Below, piece by piece: positions 51,483-62,715 of a stretch of DNA of 64,000 bases. A program made the position numbers and the translations under genes. Under the pieces are notes generated by a model. That model was not told the DNA's origin. It saw nothing but the letters and a program-made list of their open reading frames with translations, and searched no databases. Origin of the DNA: Flectonema sp. DT1601. Taxonomy: Eukaryota. Location: the NCBI GenBank assembly GCA_964019425.1, contig OZ025784.1:930001-994000 (forward strand), given 5' to 3'. Within the stretch, counting starts at the first letter, position 1. Each line of letters begins with the position of its first letter.

Positions 51483-54410
51483 ATGTACTCTGCCGTACCT
51501 AAAGGAGTTGGAGAAGGAGTTGGAGAAGGTTATAAAGAAGTTCTTCGCAGGGGGATCTCTGCGGGGAATAGAACTCCGAAAACCAAAAGGAAAACTCCTC
51601 AAAAAATACCAAAAAGAGAACCGATAAATACAAAGAAGACGGGAGTTAAGTTCTCACCGCATGACATTACAGTGCAGTCAGACGAAGTGAGGACGTCGCC
51701 AACTTCAGAAAGAAAATCAAGATTGAAATCTCCACCGTCACACAAGAGGAACACATCACTGACAGGCAATAAACCAACTCACAGAGTAGTCGACAACTTC
51801 AGTGGGTTGAGAACATTGCCCGTGGGAGCGACCTCTCAGTCAGCACTCTCTAACATTAATAATCCTCCTCACGTTGTTGTCAGAGATGATTTCTATGAGA
51901 AGCAATCCACTCCAACAAGAGAAGCGAGGAAGTTAAAAACAAAAACACAACACTCAAAGAGTAGTGACTACGATATGTTGTCAACAACTACTATCGGAAA
52001 TAATTGTTATGAGTTGGTAACAAATAGAAATCAAAACAACAAACTGATGTCATCTGCTGTGTCAACAATAAGATCGTCACCGTATCGTCATAATGATGAC
52101 TCTTTAAAAGATTCGAATGATGTTCGTAAACCTCATCGTCAGCAGAGAAAGACGATCGAAGACCCGAGAGATCAACTCACTCCTACAGCTTCTGAGAAGA
52201 GTCTTTATAACGTGAGAAGGCAGCAACGTCAACAGAGAACAGTTGAGAGAAGTGAGGACGAGTTTATTGCAATCGATGAAGATCCTCAGCAACTCAGAAG
52301 TACTTCCGCGTCTACGGCTACGGCTATGGCTGTGGGTAGTGAGAGGCCCTCAGCTATTATGATTGGTGACGATCTGTACGACATTAGGAAACCAGCAAAT
52401 AGAAAGTCGTTCTCTCAACAGAGAAATGACAACGAGTTTACGATAAGCGAAGCAGACACTCCTACGGCCACGACCATGACCACGGCTACGACTACTGAGA
52501 GGAGACCCTCGACTGTTACTTTCGGTGACGATCTCTACGACATAAGGAAGACACCGACGGTTGTGAGAAATGACTACCGCGATATGATACCAACACCAAG
52601 AAGAAGTGAGAAACCCTCCACAGTTGTAATCGATAATAATTATTACGACTTACGACAGCCACCACCGTCAGCAGTGAGACGATCGGAAAGTCTAATCGAA
52701 GACGATCACTACGACACGCGGGGAACACCAGCGAGGAAGCTGCACTTTCATCAGAGAAATATCGACGAGTTTGCGGCAATCCAATCAGATCCTCAACAAC
52801 AATACATAAATACTCTTACTCCTTCGACTGTTGCTTTCGGTGATGATCTCTACGACATGAGGAAGACACCGACGGTTGTGAGAAATGACTACCGCGATAT
52901 GATACCAACACCAAGAAGAAGTGAGAAACCCTCCACAGTTGTAATCGATAATAATTATTACGACTTACGACAGCCACCACCGTCAGCAGTGAGACGATCA
53001 GCAGCTTCTCGTCGATCAAGTCGCGAAGATGTTTTTGAAATGTCTGATGAAGAATGCGTCGACATCGTTCAGTTTGTTTTATCTGACAACCAAATAATGT
53101 TCGAAGAACAGTTCTCAGATGAAGAGTGTGTCTATTTAGTTCATAAAGCAGCTTGTTGCCTTCCATCAAATACAATAATATCTAACAATGAACTTCTACA
53201 CTTACTCACAACTGAATTAAAATATCATCTCCGACGATATACAAATCGTCATCCTCATCCCCAAAGAAAAATAACATTTAGCGATGTTGAAGATGAAGTA
53301 AATCGTCAGAAACAACGTCGACGGATATCATTTAAAGAAAGTAGTCTGCGGACCTCTTCAAATGATAATATTAATAAACAACTGTTTGATAGGAATACTA
53401 ATAGTGGTTATCGATATACTCCCCGAAAGGTAGCTCCGCGACCACATCAGTTGTCATCACCTCAGGAGAGTAATCGATATCCTCAAAAACGATTATCACA
53501 TAATGATGAGATGTTTGATAAAGAAGTGTTAGATCCAATGGACCCGGTTAGTACGTCAGGTTTTATTAAATTAAATCGAAACAACAATCAGACTTGCAAC
53601 TCACCAGTTGGAGTTGATGATCGGGAGACACCTTTTAGAAGGAAACCAATGACAGACAGTCACAGTCGTGATATTTATGAAAGAAAGAAACCAAAGTCAG
53701 ATGACTTCATCGATTCACCAATTCGATCAAAGGAATACTTTGAGACGTCAATTAGTGAAATCTACAGAAGGAAACCAGTGAGAGACAATCACCGTCAACA
53801 ACATTCTTCAAGGAATCGAAGTGATCATCAGTTTGATAACGACAAGTATAACAGTCGTGATGTTTATGAGAGAAGGAAACCAACGACACGAACTCACTCA
53901 GATGACTTCATCGATATACCAATCCGATCCCGAGATCTGAATACTGGTGAAGTAAGACACTCAAATAAACACAGCGATGGAATGACAGAGTTTGATCATC
54001 GTACTCATCTTTACGAAGGAAAACATCCAACGAGAGGAATTGAACTGGACGACTATCATCAAACAGGTGAATCACAAACTCAATTATACTGCACGATAGT
54101 CTCTGAGGGTTCTACTCGTAGAGAAGTGGAATTAAAACTACCACATCCCCCTCCTTGGAAACTACGAGACATTTCTTCGTATCTGTCACTAGCTGGTGTG
54201 ACTCCACCTGACGATAAGTGTCCCGACTCGGTTATATTTTGTGTTGAAAGGATGTCAGTTCGTACGGTTGTTGACACGCCTGATATGAATATACTTTTTG
54301 GAGATCGATTGTTTATTATTATCCTCTTACCTTATGATGGGTTTGTATCAAACGTTCAAAGAATTGATACGAGAAAACTTTGGAAACAACACAACAGAAG
54401 TTTTATTTAA
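51483..54410 (+). CDS. Hypothetical, largely disordered Arg/Ser/Asp-rich protein with internal repeats
   Basis: 975 aa from the first ATG. Recurrent (G/D)DDLYD(I/M)RK-like motif; small globular-looking segments in the middle and at the C-terminus. Confidence 0.75.
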   Translation: MYSAVPKGVGEGVGEGYKEVLRRGISAGNRTPKTKRKTPQKIPKREPINTKKTGVKFSPHDITVQSDEVRTSPTSERKSRLKSPPSHKRNTSLTGNKPTHRVVDNFSGLRTLPVGATSQSALSNINNPPHVVVRDDFYEKQSTPTREARKLKTKTQHSKSSDYDMLSTTTIGNNCYELVTNRNQNNKLMSSAVSTIRSSPYRHNDDSLKDSNDVRKPHRQQRKTIEDPRDQLTPTASEKSLYNVRRQQRQQRTVERSEDEFIAIDEDPQQLRSTSASTATAMAVGSERPSAIMIGDDLYDIRKPANRKSFSQQRNDNEFTISEADTPTATTMTTATTTERRPSTVTFGDDLYDIRKTPTVVRNDYRDMIPTPRRSEKPSTVVIDNNYYDLRQPPPSAVRRSESLIEDDHYDTRGTPARKLHFHQRNIDEFAAIQSDPQQQYINTLTPSTVAFGDDLYDMRKTPTVVRNDYRDMIPTPRRSEKPSTVVIDNNYYDLRQPPPSAVRRSAASRRSSREDVFEMSDEECVDIVQFVLSDNQIMFEEQFSDEECVYLVHKAACCLPSNTIISNNELLHLLTTELKYHLRRYTNRHPHPQRKITFSDVEDEVNRQKQRRRISFKESSLRTSSNDNINKQLFDRNTNSGYRYTPRKVAPRPHQLSSPQESNRYPQKRLSHNDEMFDKEVLDPMDPVSTSGFIKLNRNNNQTCNSPVGVDDRETPFRRKPMTDSHSRDIYERKKPKSDDFIDSPIRSKEYFETSISEIYRRKPVRDNHRQQHSSRNRSDHQFDNDKYNSRDVYERRKPTTRTHSDDFIDIPIRSRDLNTGEVRHSNKHSDGMTEFDHRTHLYEGKHPTRGIELDDYHQTGESQTQLYCTIVSEGSTRREVELKLPHPPPWKLRDISSYLSLAGVTPPDDKCPDSVIFCVERMSVRTVVDTPDMNILFGDRLFIIILLPYDGFVSNVQRIDTRKLWKQHNRSFI
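52508..53000 (+). repeat. In-frame ~175-bp direct repeat, 315 bp apart
   Basis: STV(T/A)FGDDLYD(I/M)RKTPTVVRNDYRDMIPTPRRSEKPSTVVIDNNYYDLRQPPPSAVRRS occurs twice. Confidence 0.92.
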
Positions 54411-54583
54411 TCTAATTTGTGAACTTCTTCTTCTTCTTCATCTTTCCTCAACTTGTTTTAACAATTTAAATAGATACGATAGATTACTGTTATTTTTTGG
54501 TTGTTTCTGTGTGTTGTATACTTAACAAAAAAAATCGTTTTTATTTTTATCAGAGAGAGAGAAAAATAATAACAGAAAACACC

Positions 54584-55078
54584 ATGAACAGACTCTCCAT
54601 AGTAATGGTTTCTGTAATGTGCCTGCTGGTGGCCGCTGAAGATGATGATATCGGGATAGAAGATGAGAGAGTTGAAGAGTTGGAGACTTTAAGTAAAGTA
54701 TTTTGGTATGAATCGACGTACGTCATTCACAAAGAAAATAAAAAAGGAAAATGTGTTTTAGTTTGGTTCTGTGATCCAGAGAGAGTAGAGTCTCAAATTT
54801 ATAGAGAGAAGGGTGATTGGGAACGACTGACCTCTTTATTTGATGAACATCAATCAAAGATACGACTTTTAGAAGTCGATTCCAACAATCCACATGCAGA
54901 AAACCCAGCCTTCTGGACACTACTTGAGCCATTCAGTCACAATTATTGGCATAATTTTATTCTCTTTAAACCTGATGGTAGACACCAACAGGTTGCTGTT
55001 CCCAGAACTGTTCCTCACATGTCAGATTTTATAAAGCTTTCCTGTCTGTTGGATACAAATCACGGTGGAGATTTGTAA
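54584..55078 (+). CDS. Secretory-pathway thioredoxin/PDI-like protein lacking CxxC
   Basis: 164 aa from the ATG, with a signal peptide. VLVWFCDP..WERL..LLEVD..ILFK..RT..FIK follows Trx-fold spacing. C-terminal GGDL resembles an ER-retention signal. Confidence 0.6.
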   Translation: MNRLSIVMVSVMCLLVAAEDDDIGIEDERVEELETLSKVFWYESTYVIHKENKKGKCVLVWFCDPERVESQIYREKGDWERLTSLFDEHQSKIRLLEVDSNNPHAENPAFWTLLEPFSHNYWHNFILFKPDGRHQQVAVPRTVPHMSDFIKLSCLLDTNHGGDL

Positions 55079-55205
55079 TTAGATATCGATTTTTAGAACT
55101 TTTTTTTTTATTTTTTTTAAATATTCAAATTCAACAACTATGGTAACCCTTTTCTTTTCCTTCATTACAGTAAGTGCAAAAAAAAAAAAAATAATAATAA
55201 TAAAG

Positions 55206-58200
55206 ATGAGAACATTGCTAATCATTACTTTGTTCTGTTTAACGACAGCTAGCAGTCCGTGGGATGGCTTTAATGAATTTATGAACGGAGTTGATATTGA
55301 GATTCCTCGTTTGGAACTCAACCTCAAAAAGAAAACAATTGAACTGACTAAATTAAGCATCAGTAAGATAAGCAGTCAAGGTATAGCAATATCACATACT
55401 AAAACAAAAGGCGGAATTGGAGTCACGGTCACTATCGATAACACCGCAGTTACTGTTGACACAACAGTGACGATCACTAAGAAGAAGAAACATGAATTGG
55501 AAAGCAAACCGACGTCAGGTGTTATAAAGATTGATGCGTTGATTGAAAAACTAACAATCGACTTAACTCTTGACACTGACAGCTCGTCAGTACCAACATC
55601 GATATCTGACATATCAGTCAAAGGAACTAACAAAATAAAAACAAAGTGTTCCTGTCCTTGCAGTGACACAATCATATGGTACACTGAATGTGATGTAATT
55701 TCTGGAGTCTTAAGTGGATCAGGTAGCGTTGCGACGCTACTCAGTACTGTGCTGTCACTTAAAAAGAAAGAAATATCATCGATACTAACAAACATCGCAA
55801 CAGTAATGGAGTCGTTTAATAGAACTGTACCGAAACCTCCTTCATCTGAAGGTTGGGAACCTCAATATGATGGATATTTAAATCTAAACAGCTCGGTTAC
55901 TAAGAATATTGGAATGATATTAAACAAAGTCTACGGAGTGAATGGAACAGGTCTAAACTCTGATAGGCTTGTCATCAATCAAGTAATCGACAAAATGATA
56001 TCAAAATTACAACTTCCGCAACTCGTATTTGATAAACTGATTTCAACTGATTACCTTCCAATTGACGGTATCAACATCAGAGTAAAAGGTTTGGATACTA
56101 TTTCTGTATTTAATCCATTAGTGATCGCAGGTAATCACACCGTTCATACCGAACTTGAAATCCACAATGTAACTTTAGAAGTCTCATTGCCTTTGACGTT
56201 ATTAAATAAAACTACTCCTCCTCACAAAATTGAAGTTACAGCGGAATTAAGAGGAGTCGATTTGTCTGTTGATTTGCTTCTCGCGTTGGGTATCAACGCC
56301 ACGCTTGCTAACAGTCTTGAGATTGGATCATTTTTTGAAAGTTGGGGAAACCTAATTCAATGCGCTGGGTATCCCGTTGGTAATGTCGAAGTTAAATACC
56401 TAAACGCCGCGATAAAGAAAATATCAAACATATCAGTGAGCAGTGAAGTCTTATCACCGAAGAACATCCCAACGACGGGTGGAGTCAATTCGTTGGTCGC
56501 AGATATTTTTAGTTTGGTGTCAGCGATGTATGGTTCTGAATTAGCTGTGGTATTCCCTTATGCTTTGTATGCTTTTGGTCCTCTTGAAATCAACAAGATC
56601 TTAAAAGAAACCATCGTGAAGACCAACAGCTGTCCAAGTCCTAAAACACATGACGGGATTGTCAACTTTACTAATTCAGATTTGATCTCCATAATTGATT
56701 TCGTAGCTCATGATGTTCTGGGTGATATTCCGAGTGATATGAGTTTTAATAAAGTTATTCACGTTTTGTTAACCGATGCGAACACTATTGTTTTGGGAAA
56801 TGGAAGTGTCATTGTGAATGCTCCGATCGTATCTACTCCTCAGAATATGGACATTGGATACTTTCAATTGACTACTAAGAATGGATTTATAAAAGGACTC
56901 GAATCGTTTTCAGACGTCAAAATACTACAATCCTCATCTGACAACAATTACAAACTAAGCACCGAGTTAGTGATGTCGAATTTGAATATCTCGTCTGACA
57001 TTAGTTTGTTGTGGGACGAGATGGGTCCTCACGTCGCTGATATTTTTCACTTAGCTCTTGACATGGAGAATGTTACTTTAAAATTAGATTTTGTAGTTCA
57101 TTTTGAGAAAAAAACTTTTGATCTGCTTCACACAAATCAACTAAGCGAACCTTGTCTGTTTTCAGCCATGTCACCACAGGCAGGTTTAAGAGTTCCAGTG
57201 AGTAAATTAACAACAGAAAAAGCACACATGGCAGCATCGTGTTACTCATGTACGTCGGGTACAATAGACGCGTGGGGTGCAAAACTTAAAAAACCAGAAG
57301 CGCATGTTGCTATTGCTAATACGTTAAATAATATAACAACGTACCTGCTTCAGACCTATCAAACTGACAAAGCAAACACTCAGTTGGATTTAAGACAGCA
57401 CAACGGAGCTCAGCAATGCATCAGTGAGACACCATCACCATCACCAGAAGTTGAAAGTGAGACTACTTTTGGATCTACGTTATTACTATTAGAAGTAGTT
57501 GGTATCCCAGCTCTGTTGTGTGTAGTGGTTCTGATATTTAGTGCAAAGAGAGCTAACGATGCTTTAGAAGCAGCAAAGAACTTAGACAACGAACCTCTTC
57601 TGAATGAACAACACAATGATGATGAAGATGACGCTGAGTCTGTCGTTTCGACGTCTCCGTCAGCATACGAGACGACTTGGTACAGAACTCTTCGATTCGA
57701 TGAAAGTATTTCAGGCCATGCCGTGACACCGAAATATATGAAAACGCTCGTCCCAATTGCTTTGGTCGGTTTGTTCGTTCTTCTCCTGACGTCTATGCTT
57801 TACTACAAGGCTATCGTTATTGCTAATGTTACCTGGATAGCTGGTCAGGGAAAAATTATTTCCGCATACGACTATACGACTTTTAAATTCACAAGAGACG
57901 GATTCAATCACGGAGGAGTCATTCGTTTGCTCGCTATTGGATTTGGTCTACTGGCGGGAAGTCTGTCGTACATTAAGTTATTAGCGATGTTTTACCTGTT
58001 CTACGTCCCTCCAACCATCCTAAGTCACAAATCGAGAACTACATGCATTGAATGGATCGACTACGGTGCTAAATGGTCACTTTTAGACATGTTTGTAATC
58101 TTATTCCTTTGTACTGTCGTTGATTGTAATTTAGCTCTGCCACCTGATTGGGTTGCTTGGGAAGATAGACTTATTGAGGCTGATTTAATAGTTTCGACTT

Positions 58201-59348
58201 GGTTTGGAATGCATGGGTTTGTACTAGCTCAGGTTGGAGGTATGACCATAGGTCAATTATTAGTAATAAAGAACAGAGATGTAATTGCGAGTATGAGAGC
58301 GACATTCAACGCAACGATGACCGCGAAGAAGAATGGAATGTCATCAGCTGGAAGTGCTATCTCGGGATACTCCAGAGCTAGTGTCGCTACTACTACTTGG
58401 TTTCAAGATGGAGCTGAAGATTTGAGACGTGAAGCTCTTCGAGTCCATCATTATCCAACTAGAAATACGATTCTTGGTAAAATATTCCTATCACCTGACA
58501 CACCAGTGACAGTACCTGGAAAGAATAAAGAACCAACAAAACAACGTAGTCACATTAATATTCTTGGAAGAGTTTTAGTTGTCTTCGCTCTGGTATTGTG
58601 CATCACTTTAGTTATCATCGGATTGAACATTCCGTTTATCGGAGTTCACAACACAGGATTTCTTATTCCAGTTTTAAACACCTCACCTGGAGAGGGGTAT
58701 AAGAGAAGTTGGTCATTTACGGGATTCGCAAAACAATTTCTAAACGTAGTCGGTGATTCCTCAACTCAGAAGGTGATTCATTATATTTTATTTTGTTTTG
58801 GGATCATCGTTGTTATTATCGTTCCGCTTTTACAGTTTATTCTGTTGGTTGTGGTTTGGGTTATGCCACTGACGTTGAAGGAGCATAAGAAGTTATTTTT
58901 TATAACTGAATGCCTGGCATCGTGGTCAGCACTTGAAGTATTCATCGTGGCATTGGGTGTAATCACACTAATGATGCATGATCTGATGAGTTTTGTGATT
59001 GGTAATAAGTTTGACGGAGTAACACCGATACTTCACTCTCTAGTAAATTGGGGTACGAGTGACTTGGAACCTCTTGCTGCTGGTGCTGAAGGAGATTGGT
59101 GTCTTGGATTTGTATTTCTAGCAACCGGATGCGTCTTATTTCACATCGCCTACTTCATGTTGCATAGAGCTAACAAAGCAGCAATTCGAGACAGAGAGCG
59201 AACTGCCGCATTAAACTTAGAAACTCATTCAAAACGAACATACGATGACTCCCTTTGTGATAGTGACAGTCAGTGTGTCAGTGATGTTGATATCGATATT
59301 AAAAACTTAACAACTCCTCCTGCTGAGGATATTCAAGTGACCGAATAA
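55206..59348 (+). CDS. Large membrane protein: signal peptide, ~750-aa beta-rich ectodomain (BPI/TULIP-like?), TM helix, two PqiA (paraquat-inducible protein A)-like domains
   Basis: 1380 aa from the ATG. Two hydrophobic blocks each carry a PqiA-type motif (KWSLLDMF, SWSALEVF). The ectodomain has internally repeated GL(D/E)(T/S)..(H/Y)...TEL segments and many N-glycosylation sequons. Confidence 0.7.
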   Translation: MRTLLIITLFCLTTASSPWDGFNEFMNGVDIEIPRLELNLKKKTIELTKLSISKISSQGIAISHTKTKGGIGVTVTIDNTAVTVDTTVTITKKKKHELESKPTSGVIKIDALIEKLTIDLTLDTDSSSVPTSISDISVKGTNKIKTKCSCPCSDTIIWYTECDVISGVLSGSGSVATLLSTVLSLKKKEISSILTNIATVMESFNRTVPKPPSSEGWEPQYDGYLNLNSSVTKNIGMILNKVYGVNGTGLNSDRLVINQVIDKMISKLQLPQLVFDKLISTDYLPIDGINIRVKGLDTISVFNPLVIAGNHTVHTELEIHNVTLEVSLPLTLLNKTTPPHKIEVTAELRGVDLSVDLLLALGINATLANSLEIGSFFESWGNLIQCAGYPVGNVEVKYLNAAIKKISNISVSSEVLSPKNIPTTGGVNSLVADIFSLVSAMYGSELAVVFPYALYAFGPLEINKILKETIVKTNSCPSPKTHDGIVNFTNSDLISIIDFVAHDVLGDIPSDMSFNKVIHVLLTDANTIVLGNGSVIVNAPIVSTPQNMDIGYFQLTTKNGFIKGLESFSDVKILQSSSDNNYKLSTELVMSNLNISSDISLLWDEMGPHVADIFHLALDMENVTLKLDFVVHFEKKTFDLLHTNQLSEPCLFSAMSPQAGLRVPVSKLTTEKAHMAASCYSCTSGTIDAWGAKLKKPEAHVAIANTLNNITTYLLQTYQTDKANTQLDLRQHNGAQQCISETPSPSPEVESETTFGSTLLLLEVVGIPALLCVVVLIFSAKRANDALEAAKNLDNEPLLNEQHNDDEDDAESVVSTSPSAYETTWYRTLRFDESISGHAVTPKYMKTLVPIALVGLFVLLLTSMLYYKAIVIANVTWIAGQGKIISAYDYTTFKFTRDGFNHGGVIRLLAIGFGLLAGSLSYIKLLAMFYLFYVPPTILSHKSRTTCIEWIDYGAKWSLLDMFVILFLCTVVDCNLALPPDWVAWEDRLIEADLIVSTWFGMHGFVLAQVGGMTIGQLLVIKNRDVIASMRATFNATMTAKKNGMSSAGSAISGYSRASVATTTWFQDGAEDLRREALRVHHYPTRNTILGKIFLSPDTPVTVPGKNKEPTKQRSHINILGRVLVVFALVLCITLVIIGLNIPFIGVHNTGFLIPVLNTSPGEGYKRSWSFTGFAKQFLNVVGDSSTQKVIHYILFCFGIIVVIIVPLLQFILLVVVWVMPLTLKEHKKLFFITECLASWSALEVFIVALGVITLMMHDLMSFVIGNKFDGVTPILHSLVNWGTSDLEPLAAGAEGDWCLGFVFLATGCVLFHIAYFMLHRANKAAIRDRERTAALNLETHSKRTYDDSLCDSDSQCVSDVDIDIKNLTTPPAEDIQVTE

Positions 59349-59801
59349 ATAAGTGAAAAAAAAAGGTTTAACTTTTTTTTGTTATGGTTTATATCTCGAG
59401 TGACTTACCCCAGTAACTACTGAGCCGTCGCATCGTACCTAATTACAAAAATGCATAACACGCGTTGCTACTTAAAAAGACATTTGTGTTGATATTTCTA
59501 TTTTTTTCCTTTTCTTAGCTATTTGTTGTTGTTGTTTTTTATATATCCAAAGGATTGACGCAGGTGTGTTATGTATGGCATCTGCGTATGAATTTAGTTT
59601 TGAAAATTTTTCACACGACTTTTCACAATTAACTGTTCAATAATATATCGAAAATACATTCATTCTTCTCTTTGATTCTATTCTTTCCTGTCCTTTTTTT
59701 CTTCTTTTTTTTTTCCTCAATTTGGTATTCCACCTTACCCATCCGTAAGACATCACATCCGTCCCTATCATGTTAAGAAAGAAGGGGAACTTGAGAGGGA
59801 G

Positions 59802-59835
<34 letters not shown>

Positions 59836-61865
59836 AGCAAGCTCTGAGTATCAATATTGAAAGAAGAGATACCTGTAATAAAGATGTTGTGAGTGAGCAG
59901 TTATTCAGGGGGTTGGTTGCCCCATTGACGGGTAGTCGAAATGCTGTTTATCATATTCTAATGGTATCTTTTTTTAAAAAAAATAAAATAATAATAATTT
60001 CTTTCCTCAAGCTCCGAGATTCGTTCCCAGTTTGCTCCATATTATCCAATCTTTGGAAAGTTGTGCCCTTTTTTTTCTGTGTATCCTCGTCTGTTGTCGG
60101 GTTTCATTTATTTTCAGTTTGTTTTTTTCGTCGTTTTACGTTAGTGTGGTTCCTACTGATTACGATTGAGCCTGTTTTATTGTTTTTTTTTTTATACCTT
60201 TTTTAAGTACTTGTTTTTTACGGAAGTAAAGTGCGTCGGGGGGGGGGCTGATTTTGTTAAAAAAACGAAATTCCTCGTTTTGGAATCTGGTAGTAGGAAA
60301 GGAAAAAAGAATTTAGTTTTTTTTTTTTTTTTTTTTAAAAACGGGTGCAAACAAATTATCCGTTATGTTGGATGGCTATGTTTTTCTATCAACAATCCCT
60401 CCCCTACAATATGAAAGCCGTGACTTCTATAAAAAAAAATAATTTTATCTATTTTACTTTAGGTATTTTTAATATTTCAGAGTTTTTGGCTGATGATTTC
60501 TTTTTTTTTTTTATTAATGTTGTTTGTCTGACTACGTCGTGGCGTTATATTACAAATTTACAATATTTTTATATTAATGTGCGACATCTCTCTGCTTCAG
60601 TAACAATTTTTTTTAAAAAAAAAATGAACTCAGAGATGGAAAGGCAGGGTGAGGTCTACTAAGCTAACTGCCGTCGCGCATTAATTTTTTTTTTGTCGTT
60701 TCATTATTATTTTTTTTTTTTTTTAAAAAATCGACTTTTTCGTGGCATCTTCTAAAAGTGTATATTTTGTTGAAAGGGAAAAAGGTGGGGAGGAAAAAAA
60801 AAAAAAAATAATAATAATAATAATAATAACCAAAACCCACATATGATCAACCAGGTTTCTTGTTACTCTAACCAACAGGGAGTACCCGAAAGTACGCACC
60901 CTGAGAGTTGAAAGCGTCAAGACGATATATATTATTGCATTACTTTGCTGTTGTTGTTAATTTTCAACGTTGATTTTTTTTTTTTTTTTTTTTTTTTTTT
61001 ACCGACGAAGTCGGAGAAACCATTCAGATTGAAAGCCGGTTATTTCTCATAGTCATGACAGGATTCTGTCTGCGCTCGACGAACTATAAGGTTAGTCTGA
61101 ATTTGGTCTGACTGGTTTTTATCGTTGCTTGCTGCTCACCAGCTGGCAAGCATCGTTTTTTCATCGTGTGTTTTTCTTAGTACTGAAGTCTTTAAGGGAG
61201 AAGAAGTAATTATCACATTAGGTACATGATACTGAGGAAAGGAGTAGTAATTTAAAGAAAGAACTCAACATCTGATTCGAGAACTCGAAATGATCGGTTC
61301 GATCGACTTCGAGAATAATAAAAAAAAAGAATACTCGAAAAGTAGCCTTTGTGTCAAAAAAAAAAAAAAAAAAATAGGTGCTCACCAAGGGTATAACTTG
61401 GTAGGCGTATAATTATCGTGTGCGGGATCTTACATCGTGTTATGCATTCTTGGAGTGCAACAATAAAAAAAAAAAAAAAAATACTACATCAAACTCTTCA
61501 TGGTCGAAATCATTCTTTTTTTTTTTTTTTTTTTTTTTTGAAATTCTGATGAAATTTCGGTTTCTTAAAAGTACCATCGAATGACCCTTTTTAAGACTGA
61601 TCGTAGGGTACAATGTCCTTAGTTAGACAGGTGGAGGATTAGAGCAACAAAGTTACCGTTCACTAACTACTTGAAGTTGCATTCTTGTTTGCGAGTTATT
61701 ATTTTATTTTAACTCTTGAAACTAATGCTCACCTGCAATGCTTGGCATGTTCTGCGATGACCATTTATGAGTTATTCCTTATTTTTTTTTTCCCCTACTC
61801 CTTTTCAATTTTATTGATATTCGATTTCTATTTAGTCTTTTCTTTTTCTATCCATCAGCAGCGTT

Positions 61866-61901
<36 letters not shown>

Positions 61902-62227
61902 ATCGATGAAGGCCAGTAGTACTCTCTGCGATCAAACAAAATATAAAAAAAAGGCTATTTTATCTGAATAGTTTTTTTTTTTTTTATAGTTTGAACCTTC
62001 TGTTATGTCGCATTTCAAGATTGAGTGAATTTCTTACTTCTCACAAAAAACTGCGGGACGAGATTTAAATAAAGACCATTTTTCGACATAGATGTTACAG
62101 AATTGCCGTTCGTATCGTAAAGAAAGGATTCGTGCGTGTGAAAAAGAAAGTGTCATGGATTGCTCTTTCTGTTTTTTAAATTTTATACCAAATAAAAAGA
62201 AGTAGATTTTCGTGTGTTAGACTGCCT

Positions 62228-62715
62228 GTTGTACATCGGAACTTTGTGTTTTGTGGACTCTTTGAGTTTTTCCATAATATGATAACAAAAAAAAAAAAAA
62301 AAAGTCTATAAAAAAAAATATTGTTTTTCGTAAGAACAACTATTTCGGATTTTCTTCTACGCGAGAGATTTCACATTCTTCGTGTTCCAAACCATATTGG
62401 GGTTGGATGTTGTACGTCGGAACTTTGTGTTTTGGGGACTCCAGAGTTCTTCAATATGATAACAAAATAAAAGTCTACTAAAAAGAATGTTTTGAAGATG
62501 TGTTGTTGTTCGTTAGATAACTGGAGTGTCTTTTCCTGACTTTTGGCTCGTAGGCTTCGAAGGCTTCGGAGATGAATAAAATAAGAAATAGAACATGTTT
62601 TGAAGATGTGTTTTTCGTAAGAAAAACTATTTCAGATTTTCTTCTACGTCGCTTTATTTTATTGGCCTTGCGACTAATTTTCAACTTCGAGAGATTTCAC
62701 ATTATTCGGGTTCGA
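62228..62715. repeat. Degenerate ~180-bp tandem repeat
   Basis: gttgtac(a/g)tcggaactttgtgtttt at 62228 and 62409; tgtttttcgtaagaa..ctatttc.gattttcttctacg and cgagagatttcacatt each occur twice. Confidence 0.7.
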
